A stretch of DNA of 64,000 nt from an archaeon (lineage in GTDB: Archaea; Nanobdellota; Nanobdellia; Woesearchaeales; UBA9642), in assembly GCA_020057295.1 (NCBI GenBank), contig JAGVGF010000004.1:32001-96000 (forward strand), written 5' to 3'. A program made the position numbers and the translations under genes. Of the stretch, positions 31,749-40,794 are shown one piece after another. The notes below the pieces were generated by a model. The model saw nothing but the letters and a program-made list of their open reading frames with translations. It did no database searches and was not told the origin of the DNA. The number at the start of each line of letters is the position of its first letter. Within the stretch, counting starts at the first letter, position 1.

Positions 31749-31813
31749 GATTAAACAAACTTTTTAAATAAACTTCTAGTCCTTATGATATTAATATTTA
31801 TGAGGTAATTATA

Positions 31814-32455
31814 ATGGTTGACAAGATAAAGAAAGGCGATTTTGTAGAATTGGACTATACTGCAAAGATAGTTAATCTAGATAAGGTATTTGATACTACA
31901 CTAGAATCTGTAGCAAAAGACAAAGGCATTCATAATAAGGAAATAAAGTATAAGCCATTAGTAATTAAGGTTGGTGAAGGACATTTAGTAAAAGGACTTG
32001 ATGCATTTATTGTAGACAAAGTTCCTGGAAATTATAAAGTAGAATTAGATGCAGAAAATGCATTCGGCAAGAAAAATGCTAAATTATTACGATTAGTATC
32101 AATCAAAGAATTTCATAAAAACCAGATACAACCAGTACCAGGTCTTGAGGTAGAATTAGATAATCATAGAGGAGTAGTTCGAACAGTAAATGGTGGACGA
32201 GTTATTGTAGATTTTAATCATCCACTAAGTTCACAAGATGTCACATATGATATACACATTAAGAGCATAGTTACAGACCCTAAAGCTAAAGTTGAAGCAG
32301 CATTAGAATCATTCAGGATACCATTTGAACAAGTCACATTTGAAAATGATAAGGCAACAGTCACATTCAAGACAAAAATACCCGAAGAAATAGTCAAGCC
32401 AATTGTTGATGAGTTAAAGAAAATGACTGATGTAAAAGATGTCGAATTCAAGTAA
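31814..32455 (+). CDS. Long-type FKBP peptidyl-prolyl isomerase
   Basis: GDFVELDYT, VFDTT, AFG, VDFNHPL, C-terminal extension. Confidence 0.92.
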   Translation: MVDKIKKGDFVELDYTAKIVNLDKVFDTTLESVAKDKGIHNKEIKYKPLVIKVGEGHLVKGLDAFIVDKVPGNYKVELDAENAFGKKNAKLLRLVSIKEFHKNQIQPVPGLEVELDNHRGVVRTVNGGRVIVDFNHPLSSQDVTYDIHIKSIVTDPKAKVEAALESFRIPFEQVTFENDKATVTFKTKIPEEIVKPIVDELKKMTDVKDVEFK

Positions 32456-32544
32456 AATTAAGGCAAATATGTTTTTTAATTGTTCTTTTCTTAAAATTTT
32501 TAAATACAACGAGTCTCTAGTGGTTATAATGTAGGTGGTTATGT

Positions 32545-33648
32545 ATGGATAAAATTCATCAGGGTGTCAATCCTAAGCTTGCTTCTAAGGAAGTTACAGA
32601 TAAGAATCCTTTAGATGCAGAATTGGAAGAGATGTTATCAAAACAGCGAGCTTCAATCAAAGTTGTAGGATGTGGTGGTGCTGGTAATAACACTATTAAT
32701 AGGATTGCAGAGGTTGGAGTTGTTGGTGCGGAAACAATAGCTGTAAATACTGATGCTCAAGATTTACTATACACTACAGCAGATAAAAAAATTCTAATCG
32801 GAAAAGAGTTAACTAAAGGTCTTGGAGCTGGCGGAATCCCAAAAGTTGGTGAGGATGCATGCAGAGAACAAGAGCACGAATTAAAGAATGCATTAACAGG
32901 CGCTGACATGGTGTTTTTAACATGTGGTCTTGGTGGCGGTACAGGAACTGGATCAGTATCAGTAGTTGCAGAAATTGCAAAAAAATTAGGTGCATTAACA
33001 GTTGCAATAGTCACAGTCCCATTCTCAATGGAAGGACATAGAAGATATGAAAATGCAATGTATGGTCTAGATAATCTAGAGAAAAACGTTGATACATTAA
33101 TTGTAATTCCAAACGATAAATTAATCGAACTAGCACCAGATTTACCATTACACACAGCATTCAAAGTAGCAGATGAAATTCTAACAAATGCTGTTAAAGG
33201 AATAGCTGAATTAATTACAAGAGCAGGTCTAGTAAATTTAGACTTTGCGGATGTTAAGGCAGTAATGGGTAATGGCGGAATAGCATTAATAGGAATAGGA
33301 GAATCAGATTCAGAAAACCGCGCAATGGAAGCTGTAGACAAGGCAATACATAATCCGTTATTAGATGTTGATGTAGCAGGAGCAAACGGCGCATTAATCA
33401 ACGTTTGCGGTGGAACAGATTTAACATTGAATGAAGCAAAGAAAATAGTTGAAGCAATCTCAGTAAAACTTGATGAAGATGCAAGACTAATCTGGGGAGC
33501 ACAAATCTCAGAAGAACTACAAGGCACAGTCAAAGTAATGTTAATCGTAACTGGTGTTAAAAGTTCGCAAATCACGGGTAGAAGTCAAATCGAAGTAAAA
33601 GACAAGAAAGGACAAATGACTGATTCCTTAGGAATTGAGTTCTTATAA
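32545..33648 (+). CDS. ftsZ: Cell division protein FtsZ
   Basis: GCGGAGNN, GLGGGTGTG, NLDFADV. Confidence 0.98.
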   Translation: MDKIHQGVNPKLASKEVTDKNPLDAELEEMLSKQRASIKVVGCGGAGNNTINRIAEVGVVGAETIAVNTDAQDLLYTTADKKILIGKELTKGLGAGGIPKVGEDACREQEHELKNALTGADMVFLTCGLGGGTGTGSVSVVAEIAKKLGALTVAIVTVPFSMEGHRRYENAMYGLDNLEKNVDTLIVIPNDKLIELAPDLPLHTAFKVADEILTNAVKGIAELITRAGLVNLDFADVKAVMGNGGIALIGIGESDSENRAMEAVDKAIHNPLLDVDVAGANGALINVCGGTDLTLNEAKKIVEAISVKLDEDARLIWGAQISEELQGTVKVMLIVTGVKSSQITGRSQIEVKDKKGQMTDSLGIEFL

Positions 33649-33757
33649 AATTATTTTTTTCTTACTTATCTTATTCTAATATTGCAGCGATATTGTATTA
33701 ATATTACAGCACCCACAACATTTATAAATGCCCTAAATTTCCTTTATTCTATAATAA

Positions 33758-33831
33758 ACGGTTCTCAAACCGTAGTGAGATGCATTGTAATTCTCGTAGC
33801 ATGCGTCGACCATAATCGTCGTTGGCGATTA
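33758..33831 (+). promoter_or_regulatory. Structured 5' leader upstream of eS1 (candidate ribosomal-protein leader)
   Basis: TTTATAAA at 33721; stems ACGGTT/AACCGT, GATGCAT/ATGCGTC, TAATCGTC/GGCGATTA; GC-richer than flanks. Confidence 0.5.
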
Positions 33832-33898
33832 ATCAATATAATAATACTATATCATATCAAAAATAATAATATTATAATAAACATCGAGGTTAAATAAA

Positions 33899-34741
33899 AT
33901 GGCTGAAGAAAATACAAATACAAACAATAGAAATGCTGCAAAGAATGCTGCAAAAGCAGCTGCAGATTTAAAGAAACAAAAGAAAAAGAAATGGTTTCCG
34001 CTAGTAGCACCAGAAGCATTCCAAAGTAGAATAATAGGAGAAGTACTATTAGAAGATGCATCTGTATTAATGGGTAGGACAGTAAAAGTTAACATGATGC
34101 AATTAATGGGAGACATGAAGAGACAAAGTGTTAATGTAATGTTCAAAGTTACAGATATTAAGGAAGGTAAAGCATTTACACAACCAGTAAAATTCGAGAT
34201 ATCCTCATTCTCATTAAAGAGACTTGCAAAGCGAGAAAAAGATAAATTATCAGACAGTTTTGTTGTAAAAACTGGAGACGGAAAGTTAGTTAGAATAAAA
34301 CCTGTAATGGTAACAAATGCTATGACTAACGGAGCAGTACTTGCAACATTAGTTAAGACATGTAGAGCCGTATGTAAGGAAATAGTTAATAAGAGTAAAT
34401 TCGAACAATTAATTATAGACTTAGTAACATACAAATTCCAGAAAGAAGTAAAAGAAGGACTACATAAAGTTTATCCATTAAGAAACTTCGATATCAGAAT
34501 ATTAGAACTAGAAAATAAGAAGAAGAACGAGACTGTAGAAGAAGAAATGATAATGAAGTTAAAGAAAGTAGCTGAAAAGAAGCTAGCGGATAAGGCAGAA
34601 GAGCAAGAAGAAGAAAAGAAAAGTTCACAAGAAGAATCAGATACGAGTGATGAACCAGTAGACAATGCTCCAGAGCCAGAAGCATCAGAAGAAGAAACTG
34701 ATGACGAAGATTCAGAAGAGGATTCTGAAGAAGGTAAATAA
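33899..34741 (+). CDS. rps3ae: 30S ribosomal protein S3Ae (eS1) with long acidic tail
   Basis: KKWFPLVAPEAF..IGE, GRTVKV, KVYPLR; D/E-rich C-terminus. Confidence 0.9.
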   Translation: MAEENTNTNNRNAAKNAAKAAADLKKQKKKKWFPLVAPEAFQSRIIGEVLLEDASVLMGRTVKVNMMQLMGDMKRQSVNVMFKVTDIKEGKAFTQPVKFEISSFSLKRLAKREKDKLSDSFVVKTGDGKLVRIKPVMVTNAMTNGAVLATLVKTCRAVCKEIVNKSKFEQLIIDLVTYKFQKEVKEGLHKVYPLRNFDIRILELENKKKNETVEEEMIMKLKKVAEKKLADKAEEQEEEKKSSQEESDTSDEPVDNAPEPEASEEETDDEDSEEDSEEGK

Positions 34742-34764
34742 ACTCTTATTTTTTTATTTTTTTT
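34736..34764 (+). terminator. T-rich terminator after eS1
   Basis: AAATAAACTCTTATTTTTTTATTTTTTTT; near-identical to the sequence after uS12. Confidence 0.55.
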
Positions 34765-34814
34765 AATTACATTTTTATATAATACATTCTTTATGAGATT
34801 ATCAAACACAAAAA

Positions 34815-35075
34815 ATGATTAACGAAGATTACGATTTGGAATTAGAAAAAGTTGTTACAGAAATTAAGAAACGTAAGGCAAAAAAAGTACTTGTACAACT
34901 TGGTGAAGGATTAAAACCTAGAGCAAAAGAGATACAAGAACACATATCTAAGGAATTAGGAAATTCATGTCAAGTATATTTCTGGTTAAATAGCTGTTAT
35001 GGTAAATGCGATATCCCAGAAATTATCGACAGTAAAAACAACGATTTTGATGTGTTAATACAATTCGGACACTAA
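34815..35075 (+). CDS. Stand-alone N-terminal domain of diphthamide synthesis protein Dph2
   Basis: KKVLVQLGEGLK, SCYGKCDI, VLIQFGH then stop at 86 aa. Confidence 0.8.
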   Translation: MINEDYDLELEKVVTEIKKRKAKKVLVQLGEGLKPRAKEIQEHISKELGNSCQVYFWLNSCYGKCDIPEIIDSKNNDFDVLIQFGH

Positions 35076-35124
35076 AATCCTTTCTATAGAAACATTTATT
35101 AATTATGTGTGACTTTGGATTCTT

Positions 35125-35376
35125 ATGGTTAAAAAAGATAATTTAAAAAAATTATATATTAGCTTACTAGTATTATTTGTTTTATGGTTAGTTATTTTCT
35201 TTGTTGGATTAAATTCCAATTGTAGAACTGTGACTGCTTCTGGAGTACATTGGTTATCTTGTTCGGAATTAAGTTTCTCCATGAATTTATTTTATGGCGT
35301 CCTATCTACTTTAACTATACTCGGAACAGCTGTAATTATAATCTTACTAATAATGCGCTTGTCATTTAAACAGTAA
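35125..35376 (+). CDS. Small two-TM membrane protein
   Basis: Two hydrophobic helices with a Cys pair in the loop. Confidence 0.65.
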   Translation: MVKKDNLKKLYISLLVLFVLWLVIFFVGLNSNCRTVTASGVHWLSCSELSFSMNLFYGVLSTLTILGTAVIIILLIMRLSFKQ

Positions 35377-35380
35377 AATT

Positions 35381-35610
35381 ATAGCTGTTTTTTAGACGGC
35401 ATTCAATAATAAATTGTAACTCTAAGTTCTAATTTTGTTTTTTCATTTTTTAAAGCATGTTTTATCGACGATAAATTTAGCTCATTTTTTGGCAAAATCA
35501 AAAATATTATATATTTCTTAAGTTATACTACATTAAAAATTTGTAAAGCGAAGTTATTGAATTAGTATTTAATCGTCGATGAAATGTCGTTTTGCAAAGA
35601 GATATGCTAT
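35381..35610 (+). promoter_or_regulatory. Multi-inverted-repeat element upstream of topA (structured leader or operator pair)
   Basis: 35394-403/35583-592, 35401-410/35553-562, 35460-472/35572-584, ATAGC/GCTAT reaching the ATG. Confidence 0.5.
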
Positions 35611-38065
35611 GACCTATGAATTAATCATAACTGAAAAACCAAATGCTGCTGAAAAAATAGCACAAGCATTAGCAGATTATAAGCCAATTAAAGAAATGTT
35701 TCAAGGCGTTCCATATTATAAAATTACACATAACGGCAAGGATATTGTCGTCGGATGTGCCGTAGGGCATTTATTTACTATAGCTGAAACAGAGAAGAGT
35801 TTCAAATATCCTTCATTTGTTCTAGAATGGAAGGCAACTGATGAAGTTGATCCTAAAAGTTTTACTAAAAGATATATCGCTGCATTAAGAAAAATTTCTA
35901 AGGGTGCTAAAGACTTTACAGTAGCTACTGATTATGATATTGAAGGAGAAGTTATAGGACTAAATGTTATTAGATATATATGTAAACAGAAAGATGCCAG
36001 TAGAATGAAATTTTCAACCTTAACAAAACCTGATTTAATTGAAAGTTATGCTCACAAATCTAAATCTTTAGATTGGGGTCAGGCATATGCTGGTGAAGCG
36101 AGACATTTCTTAGACTGGATGTACGGTATAAACTTAAGCAGAGCGTTAATGCATTCACTAAAAAGTGTTGGACAGTTTAAGATAATGAGTTCTGGACGTG
36201 TTCAAGGACCGGCCCTCAAGACTATTGTAGATTTAGAGAAGGATATTGCAAAATTTAAACCAACTCCTTATTGGGAGATACAAGTTAATGGATTATTAGA
36301 TAATAAACATGTAGAATCATGGCATGAAAAAGATAAATTTAATGATGAGAAAGAAGCATTACACGTATATCATAAGATTAAAGGCAAAGATGGTGTTGTT
36401 AGAAGCCTAGAAAAATCTGAATTTATACAAAAAGCTCCAGTTCCATTTGATTTAACAACATTACAAACCGAAGCATACAGATTCTTTGGAATAAATCCTA
36501 AACAAACTTTAGAAATAGCTCAAGAATTGTATACCGGAGGATTTATATCATATCCAAGAACTTCATCACAAAAACTACCTAAAGAGATAGGGTACAAAAA
36601 AGTTTTAGAATCACTCGGTAAAAATGTATTATATAAACCATTAACAGATGCATTACTAAAACTTAAAGAATTAATACCTACTGAAGGTAAAAAAACCGAT
36701 CCAGCACATCCAGCTATATATCCTACAGGAGTATTGCCTCGTGTTAAAGATCGTGAACATAAGATTTATGATTTAATAGTTAAAAGATTCATGTCGTGTT
36801 TTGGTGATGATGCAAAACGTGAAACAGCAACAATAACTATAGATATAGAAAAGGAAAAATTCATAGCCAAAGGTACTAGAACAACATATCCCGGATGGCA
36901 TAAATATTATGCACCTTATGTAAAGTTAGAAGATCAAGAAATGCCTGCAGTAAAGCAAGGAGACAAGTTTCATAATAAAGAAACAATAAAGCATGATAAA
37001 CAAACACAACCACCAAGAAGATATACTCAAGCATCACTTGTTCGAGAGTTAGAAACTAGAAATCTTGGAACGAAAGCTACGAGAGCATCAATTATAGAAT
37101 CATTATATGATAGAAATTATATTAAGAACGATCCAATAGAAGCCACAGAACTTGGAATGGAGACCATAAGAGTTCTTGATAAATATTGTCCAGAAATTGT
37201 TGATGAACAATTAACAAGACATTTCGAAGAAGAAATGGAAGAAATTAGAGAGAAAAAATTAAGTGAACATAAAATACTTGTTGAAGCAAAGACTGAATTA
37301 ACAAAATTATTAGAAAAATTCAAGAAGAATGAAAAAATTATTGGTGGAGAATTATTAACTTCATATAAGAAAGCTTTAGAAACTGAAAGTTATATTGGTA
37401 AATGTCCAAAATGTAATAAGGGAAATTTACGAATTACTTATTCTAGAAAAAGCAAAAGAAAATTTATCGCATGTGATGGATATCCTGAATGTAAAAATAT
37501 TTTCAATATGCCATTTGGAAAAGTTAAGGCTACAGAAAAAATTTGTGACAAATGTCAATATCCTATAATACAGATAATAGCTGCCAGAAGATTTCAAGAA
37601 ACATGTTTAAACAATGGTTGTCCTTCAAAAAAATCTGAAGATAAACAAATTCAGAAAGAAGTTGATAGAATAGAATCAGGAAAGGTAGAAAAAGCATGCC
37701 CTGTATGTGGAAAAAATCTTGCATTAAGAAAATCTATGTATGGACAATTTTTAGGATGTTCTGGATATCCTGAATGTAGATATATAGAAAAGATTCCTAA
37801 AGATGAAACTGATAAAAAAACTATTGAAGAGAAGAGAAAATATATCTCCGCTAATAAAGAAAAATATATTGCGGAAATGGCTGCAAAAGCGGAAGCCAGA
37901 AAGAATAGATTCCAAAAGTTTGGTAAGAAAGCAACAAAAGCTGAGCCGAAAAAAGAAACTTCTAAAGATAATAAAACAATAAAAACAGAAACTACAAAAA
38001 ATAAATCATCAACAAAACCTGCTGTAACGGCTAAACCTGTTAAAAAAACTTCTAAAAAGAAATGA
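35609..38065 (+). CDS. topA: DNA topoisomerase IA with C4 zinc ribbons and Lys-rich tail
   Basis: ITEKP, ATDYDIEGE, SSGRVQ, ISYPRT (catalytic Tyr), LGTKATRA, repeated CPxC...C.GYPEC. Confidence 0.97.
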   Translation: MTYELIITEKPNAAEKIAQALADYKPIKEMFQGVPYYKITHNGKDIVVGCAVGHLFTIAETEKSFKYPSFVLEWKATDEVDPKSFTKRYIAALRKISKGAKDFTVATDYDIEGEVIGLNVIRYICKQKDASRMKFSTLTKPDLIESYAHKSKSLDWGQAYAGEARHFLDWMYGINLSRALMHSLKSVGQFKIMSSGRVQGPALKTIVDLEKDIAKFKPTPYWEIQVNGLLDNKHVESWHEKDKFNDEKEALHVYHKIKGKDGVVRSLEKSEFIQKAPVPFDLTTLQTEAYRFFGINPKQTLEIAQELYTGGFISYPRTSSQKLPKEIGYKKVLESLGKNVLYKPLTDALLKLKELIPTEGKKTDPAHPAIYPTGVLPRVKDREHKIYDLIVKRFMSCFGDDAKRETATITIDIEKEKFIAKGTRTTYPGWHKYYAPYVKLEDQEMPAVKQGDKFHNKETIKHDKQTQPPRRYTQASLVRELETRNLGTKATRASIIESLYDRNYIKNDPIEATELGMETIRVLDKYCPEIVDEQLTRHFEEEMEEIREKKLSEHKILVEAKTELTKLLEKFKKNEKIIGGELLTSYKKALETESYIGKCPKCNKGNLRITYSRKSKRKFIACDGYPECKNIFNMPFGKVKATEKICDKCQYPIIQIIAARRFQETCLNNGCPSKKSEDKQIQKEVDRIESGKVEKACPVCGKNLALRKSMYGQFLGCSGYPECRYIEKIPKDETDKKTIEEKRKYISANKEKYIAEMAAKAEARKNRFQKFGKKATKAEPKKETSKDNKTIKTETTKNKSSTKPAVTAKPVKKTSKKK

Positions 38066-38107
38066 TATCATACTTACTAAGAAAGAGTAAAAATATTATA
38101 AAGCTTC

Positions 38108-38293
38108 CTAATCTCCACCATCATCAGCTTCAAAGTCGTCAAAATCTAACTCATCATCGTCTATATCTGAAACTAAGTCTTCTCTTCCAAGATCGAAATC
38201 TTCTCCCTTCTTTTTATCCTCGATGACTATTATATCTTCTACATCGTATTGTTCTTTTCCCTTCTTTTCCGGCTTCTTTTCAGGTTTGACCAT
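38108..38293 (-). CDS. Small bipolar (basic N-terminus, acidic C-terminus) hypothetical protein
   Basis: GAGGT RBS, TTTATATA box upstream. Confidence 0.6.
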   Translation of the reverse strand: MVKPEKKPEKKGKEQYDVEDIIVIEDKKKGEDFDLGREDLVSDIDDDELDFDDFEADDGGD

Positions 38294-38405
38294 AATATAT
38301 ACCTCAAAACAGTTTCTTGTAGTGTCTAATCAAGTATATAAATCTTTTGTCGTTACAATAAGGAAATATTTAAAAACCCAACACTTTTCTTTCCCTTATT
38401 CCAAT

Positions 38406-38480
38406 GGGGTTGTGGGGTAACTTGGTTTAGCCTTCGAGGTTTGGGACCTTGCGATCCCGGTTCAAATCCGGGCAGCCCCA
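38406..38480 (+). tRNA. tRNA-Pro(TGG)
   Basis: GGGGTTG/CAGCCCC acceptor, CGAGG-TT-TGG-GA-CCTTG, TTCAAAT. Confidence 0.95.
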
Positions 38481-38625
38481 TTTTCTTATTCTTTTAATAG
38501 TTATATTTGTTCCTGTCGCCTTTATTTCAGTTTTGTTCGTATTATTCTCTGACAAAACCATAAAGTATATAAATAAAAACTTTAATAGTTTGATTGTTAG
38601 TGAGGTAACGGTTTTGGTGAGTAAA

Positions 38626-40077
38626 ATGAATGCTAAATATTTTTCTATAACGACCTTTTTTATAATTATCCTATTAGCTGTTTCTGTTAATGCAGTAACA
38701 CCTGATGTAAAGTATAAGGTTATAACTGATAGTGTTAATGTTAACGACACATCAAATCCAGCATTATATTCGCTTACGATAACCAATAGCGGTGCACTGA
38801 CTGAACGTTATCAATTATATACTATAAGTGCCTTTTGGAATATTAATCCTACAATTGTTATTGTTCCTGCTGGTGAACCAAAAACGTTCACTTTGGAAAT
38901 AGCCTTAAATGATAAACAAATATATGGTCCGCAGTTAGTTCCTATAACCATTAAATCATTATCTAGCGATGATACTGTTGTTGAAAATTTTTATGTATAT
39001 GTTAAACCTTTAAATTATACTGTACTTTCATATGTTCCTAATGTTGCTATGGAAGTTAATACTAAATACGAAGTTGATCCTAGGGAACCAATTTCTATTG
39101 AAGTATACATGAGAAATAGGAATCCTTTGAATATAAAAGATTTAAGAATTATAGTTGAATCACCTTTGCTTAATAAAGAATATTTAACTACACTAGGTCC
39201 GCTTGACGAGAAGACTAATCAAATACTATTTACAGACATTAGTAAGATTCAGGAGCCAGGAAAATATCCTATAATTGTCAGGATAGTTACGCAAAATAAA
39301 ACGATAGCACAAGTACAGAAAGAAGTGCAAGTCATAGGATATTCTGAGGTTACTGTCGAACAAACAAAAATTAGAGGATTATTCTCTTATACTGAAAAAA
39401 TTAAGGTTCATAACAACGGTAATTATGAAGCTACAAAACTTGTGAAAGTTCAAAAAAACTTTTTTGAAAAAATATTTACATCAACTAGTGCAAAATATGT
39501 TCCTATAAGTGAAGACGGAATTGGTTATCTTAGTTGGAATATTCCGTTGAAACCTCAAGAATCTTACGAATTAACAATATCAACAAATTATAATATCATA
39601 GCAATAATTGTTATTATAATAATTGCATTAATAATATTATATTATATATTTAGAAGTCCAGTATTATTATTTAAGAGAGCTAGAATATTATCATCAAATG
39701 ATGATGGAATATCTGAAATTCGCGTTAAATTACACCTAAAAAATCGTTCAGGACAAGTTATTAGAAATATTAAAGTTATAGATAAATATCCAAAAATAGT
39801 ATCATTAGTTGAAGATAATTCTTTAGGAGCATTAAAACCTACTAAAATGCTTAGTGCTGATAAAGTACATTCATTACTAATGTGGAATCTAGAATCTTTA
39901 GAACCATATGAAGAAAGATTATTAAGTTATACCGTACGTTCAAGATTGAACATTGTAGGTAACTTGTCATTACATGCTGCAAAAGTAAGATTCCAATCTC
40001 CAGCAGGAGAAAGAACACACACAAGCAATGATGTTACACTAAAACACAAGTCAGAGAATGTGATATCTTACGATTAA
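38626..40077 (+). CDS. Cell-surface protein with Ig-like domains, TM anchor and cytoplasmic DUF11-like domain
   Basis: GGTGA RBS, signal peptide, beta-rich repeats, TM IIAIIVIIIIALIILYYIF, V.L.LKN...NIKVID..P...W.L..L.P.E...LSY. Confidence 0.75.
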   Translation: MNAKYFSITTFFIIILLAVSVNAVTPDVKYKVITDSVNVNDTSNPALYSLTITNSGALTERYQLYTISAFWNINPTIVIVPAGEPKTFTLEIALNDKQIYGPQLVPITIKSLSSDDTVVENFYVYVKPLNYTVLSYVPNVAMEVNTKYEVDPREPISIEVYMRNRNPLNIKDLRIIVESPLLNKEYLTTLGPLDEKTNQILFTDISKIQEPGKYPIIVRIVTQNKTIAQVQKEVQVIGYSEVTVEQTKIRGLFSYTEKIKVHNNGNYEATKLVKVQKNFFEKIFTSTSAKYVPISEDGIGYLSWNIPLKPQESYELTISTNYNIIAIIVIIIIALIILYYIFRSPVLLFKRARILSSNDDGISEIRVKLHLKNRSGQVIRNIKVIDKYPKIVSLVEDNSLGALKPTKMLSADKVHSLLMWNLESLEPYEERLLSYTVRSRLNIVGNLSLHAAKVRFQSPAGERTHTSNDVTLKHKSENVISYD

Positions 40078-40079
40078 TT

Positions 40080-40790
40080 TTATTTTTTCATGTAGAATTT
40101 TTTTTCTTTTTCTGTGAATTTCTCAATTGCATATCGAAGCATTGTTCGAGGCATGTGTTTATGATATTTTTTTAAGAATTTCTCCTCAACATCCTGATTT
40201 CTTTTTCCTACTTCACGAAGCATCCATCCGACAGCTTTGTGAATTAAATCATGTTTATCATTAATTAAGACATCAGAAATATTTAATGTTGCATCGAAAT
40301 CATTTTCTCTGATAAAATAGGCTGTTGAAATTATTGCGATACGTTTCTCCCAAAGATCTTTTGAATGCGCGAGTTTGAAGAGTGTTTTTGTTTCAGTTTT
40401 CAAGTGATTGTATATGTATGCGCCAACGATTTTATGTGCGGATAAATCGACGAGATCCCAGTTATTAATATATTTAGTATTTTTTAGATACATTTCGTAT
40501 AATGCTCTTTTTTCTGAATCAGTTTTTGATCTTTCGTATTTATCAACTAAAATTAATAATGCAACAAGTCTGCATTCATGATATTTATTTTTTAATAATT
40601 TTTGAACATCACCAAGAGAAATATAAAAATATTTTTTTGCAATTATTCTCATCTCAGGAACTGATGCGCCATAAAACAGATCTCCATGACCATACTGTCC
40701 TTTCCCTGTCTTAAAGAATCTTAGTGAATGTTTTGCGCGCTGTGGACTTCCATACTTTTCAAGTTCCTTAATTATTTGTTTGACTGTCAT
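40080..40790 (-). CDS. AlkD-family DNA alkylation repair enzyme
   Basis: FFKTGKGQYG.GD.F.G, INNWDLVD, WEKRIAI, IHKAVGWMLREVGK, MPRTMLRYAIE. Confidence 0.93.
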   Translation of the reverse strand: MTVKQIIKELEKYGSPQRAKHSLRFFKTGKGQYGHGDLFYGASVPEMRIIAKKYFYISLGDVQKLLKNKYHECRLVALLILVDKYERSKTDSEKRALYEMYLKNTKYINNWDLVDLSAHKIVGAYIYNHLKTETKTLFKLAHSKDLWEKRIAIISTAYFIRENDFDATLNISDVLINDKHDLIHKAVGWMLREVGKRNQDVEEKFLKKYHKHMPRTMLRYAIEKFTEKEKKFYMKK

Positions 40791-40794
40791 TCTG

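Noticed and set aside
32757-33575. 272-aa antisense ORF over ftsZ, and similar shadow ORFs over the thermosome, rpo genes, eS1 and eutH
   Set aside because: Antisense mirrors of conserved genes produced by codon bias; no motifs or RBS
35073-35125. Readthrough or frameshift extending Dph2
   Set aside because: Another in-frame stop follows within 9 codons and the downstream sequence shows no Dph2 motifs
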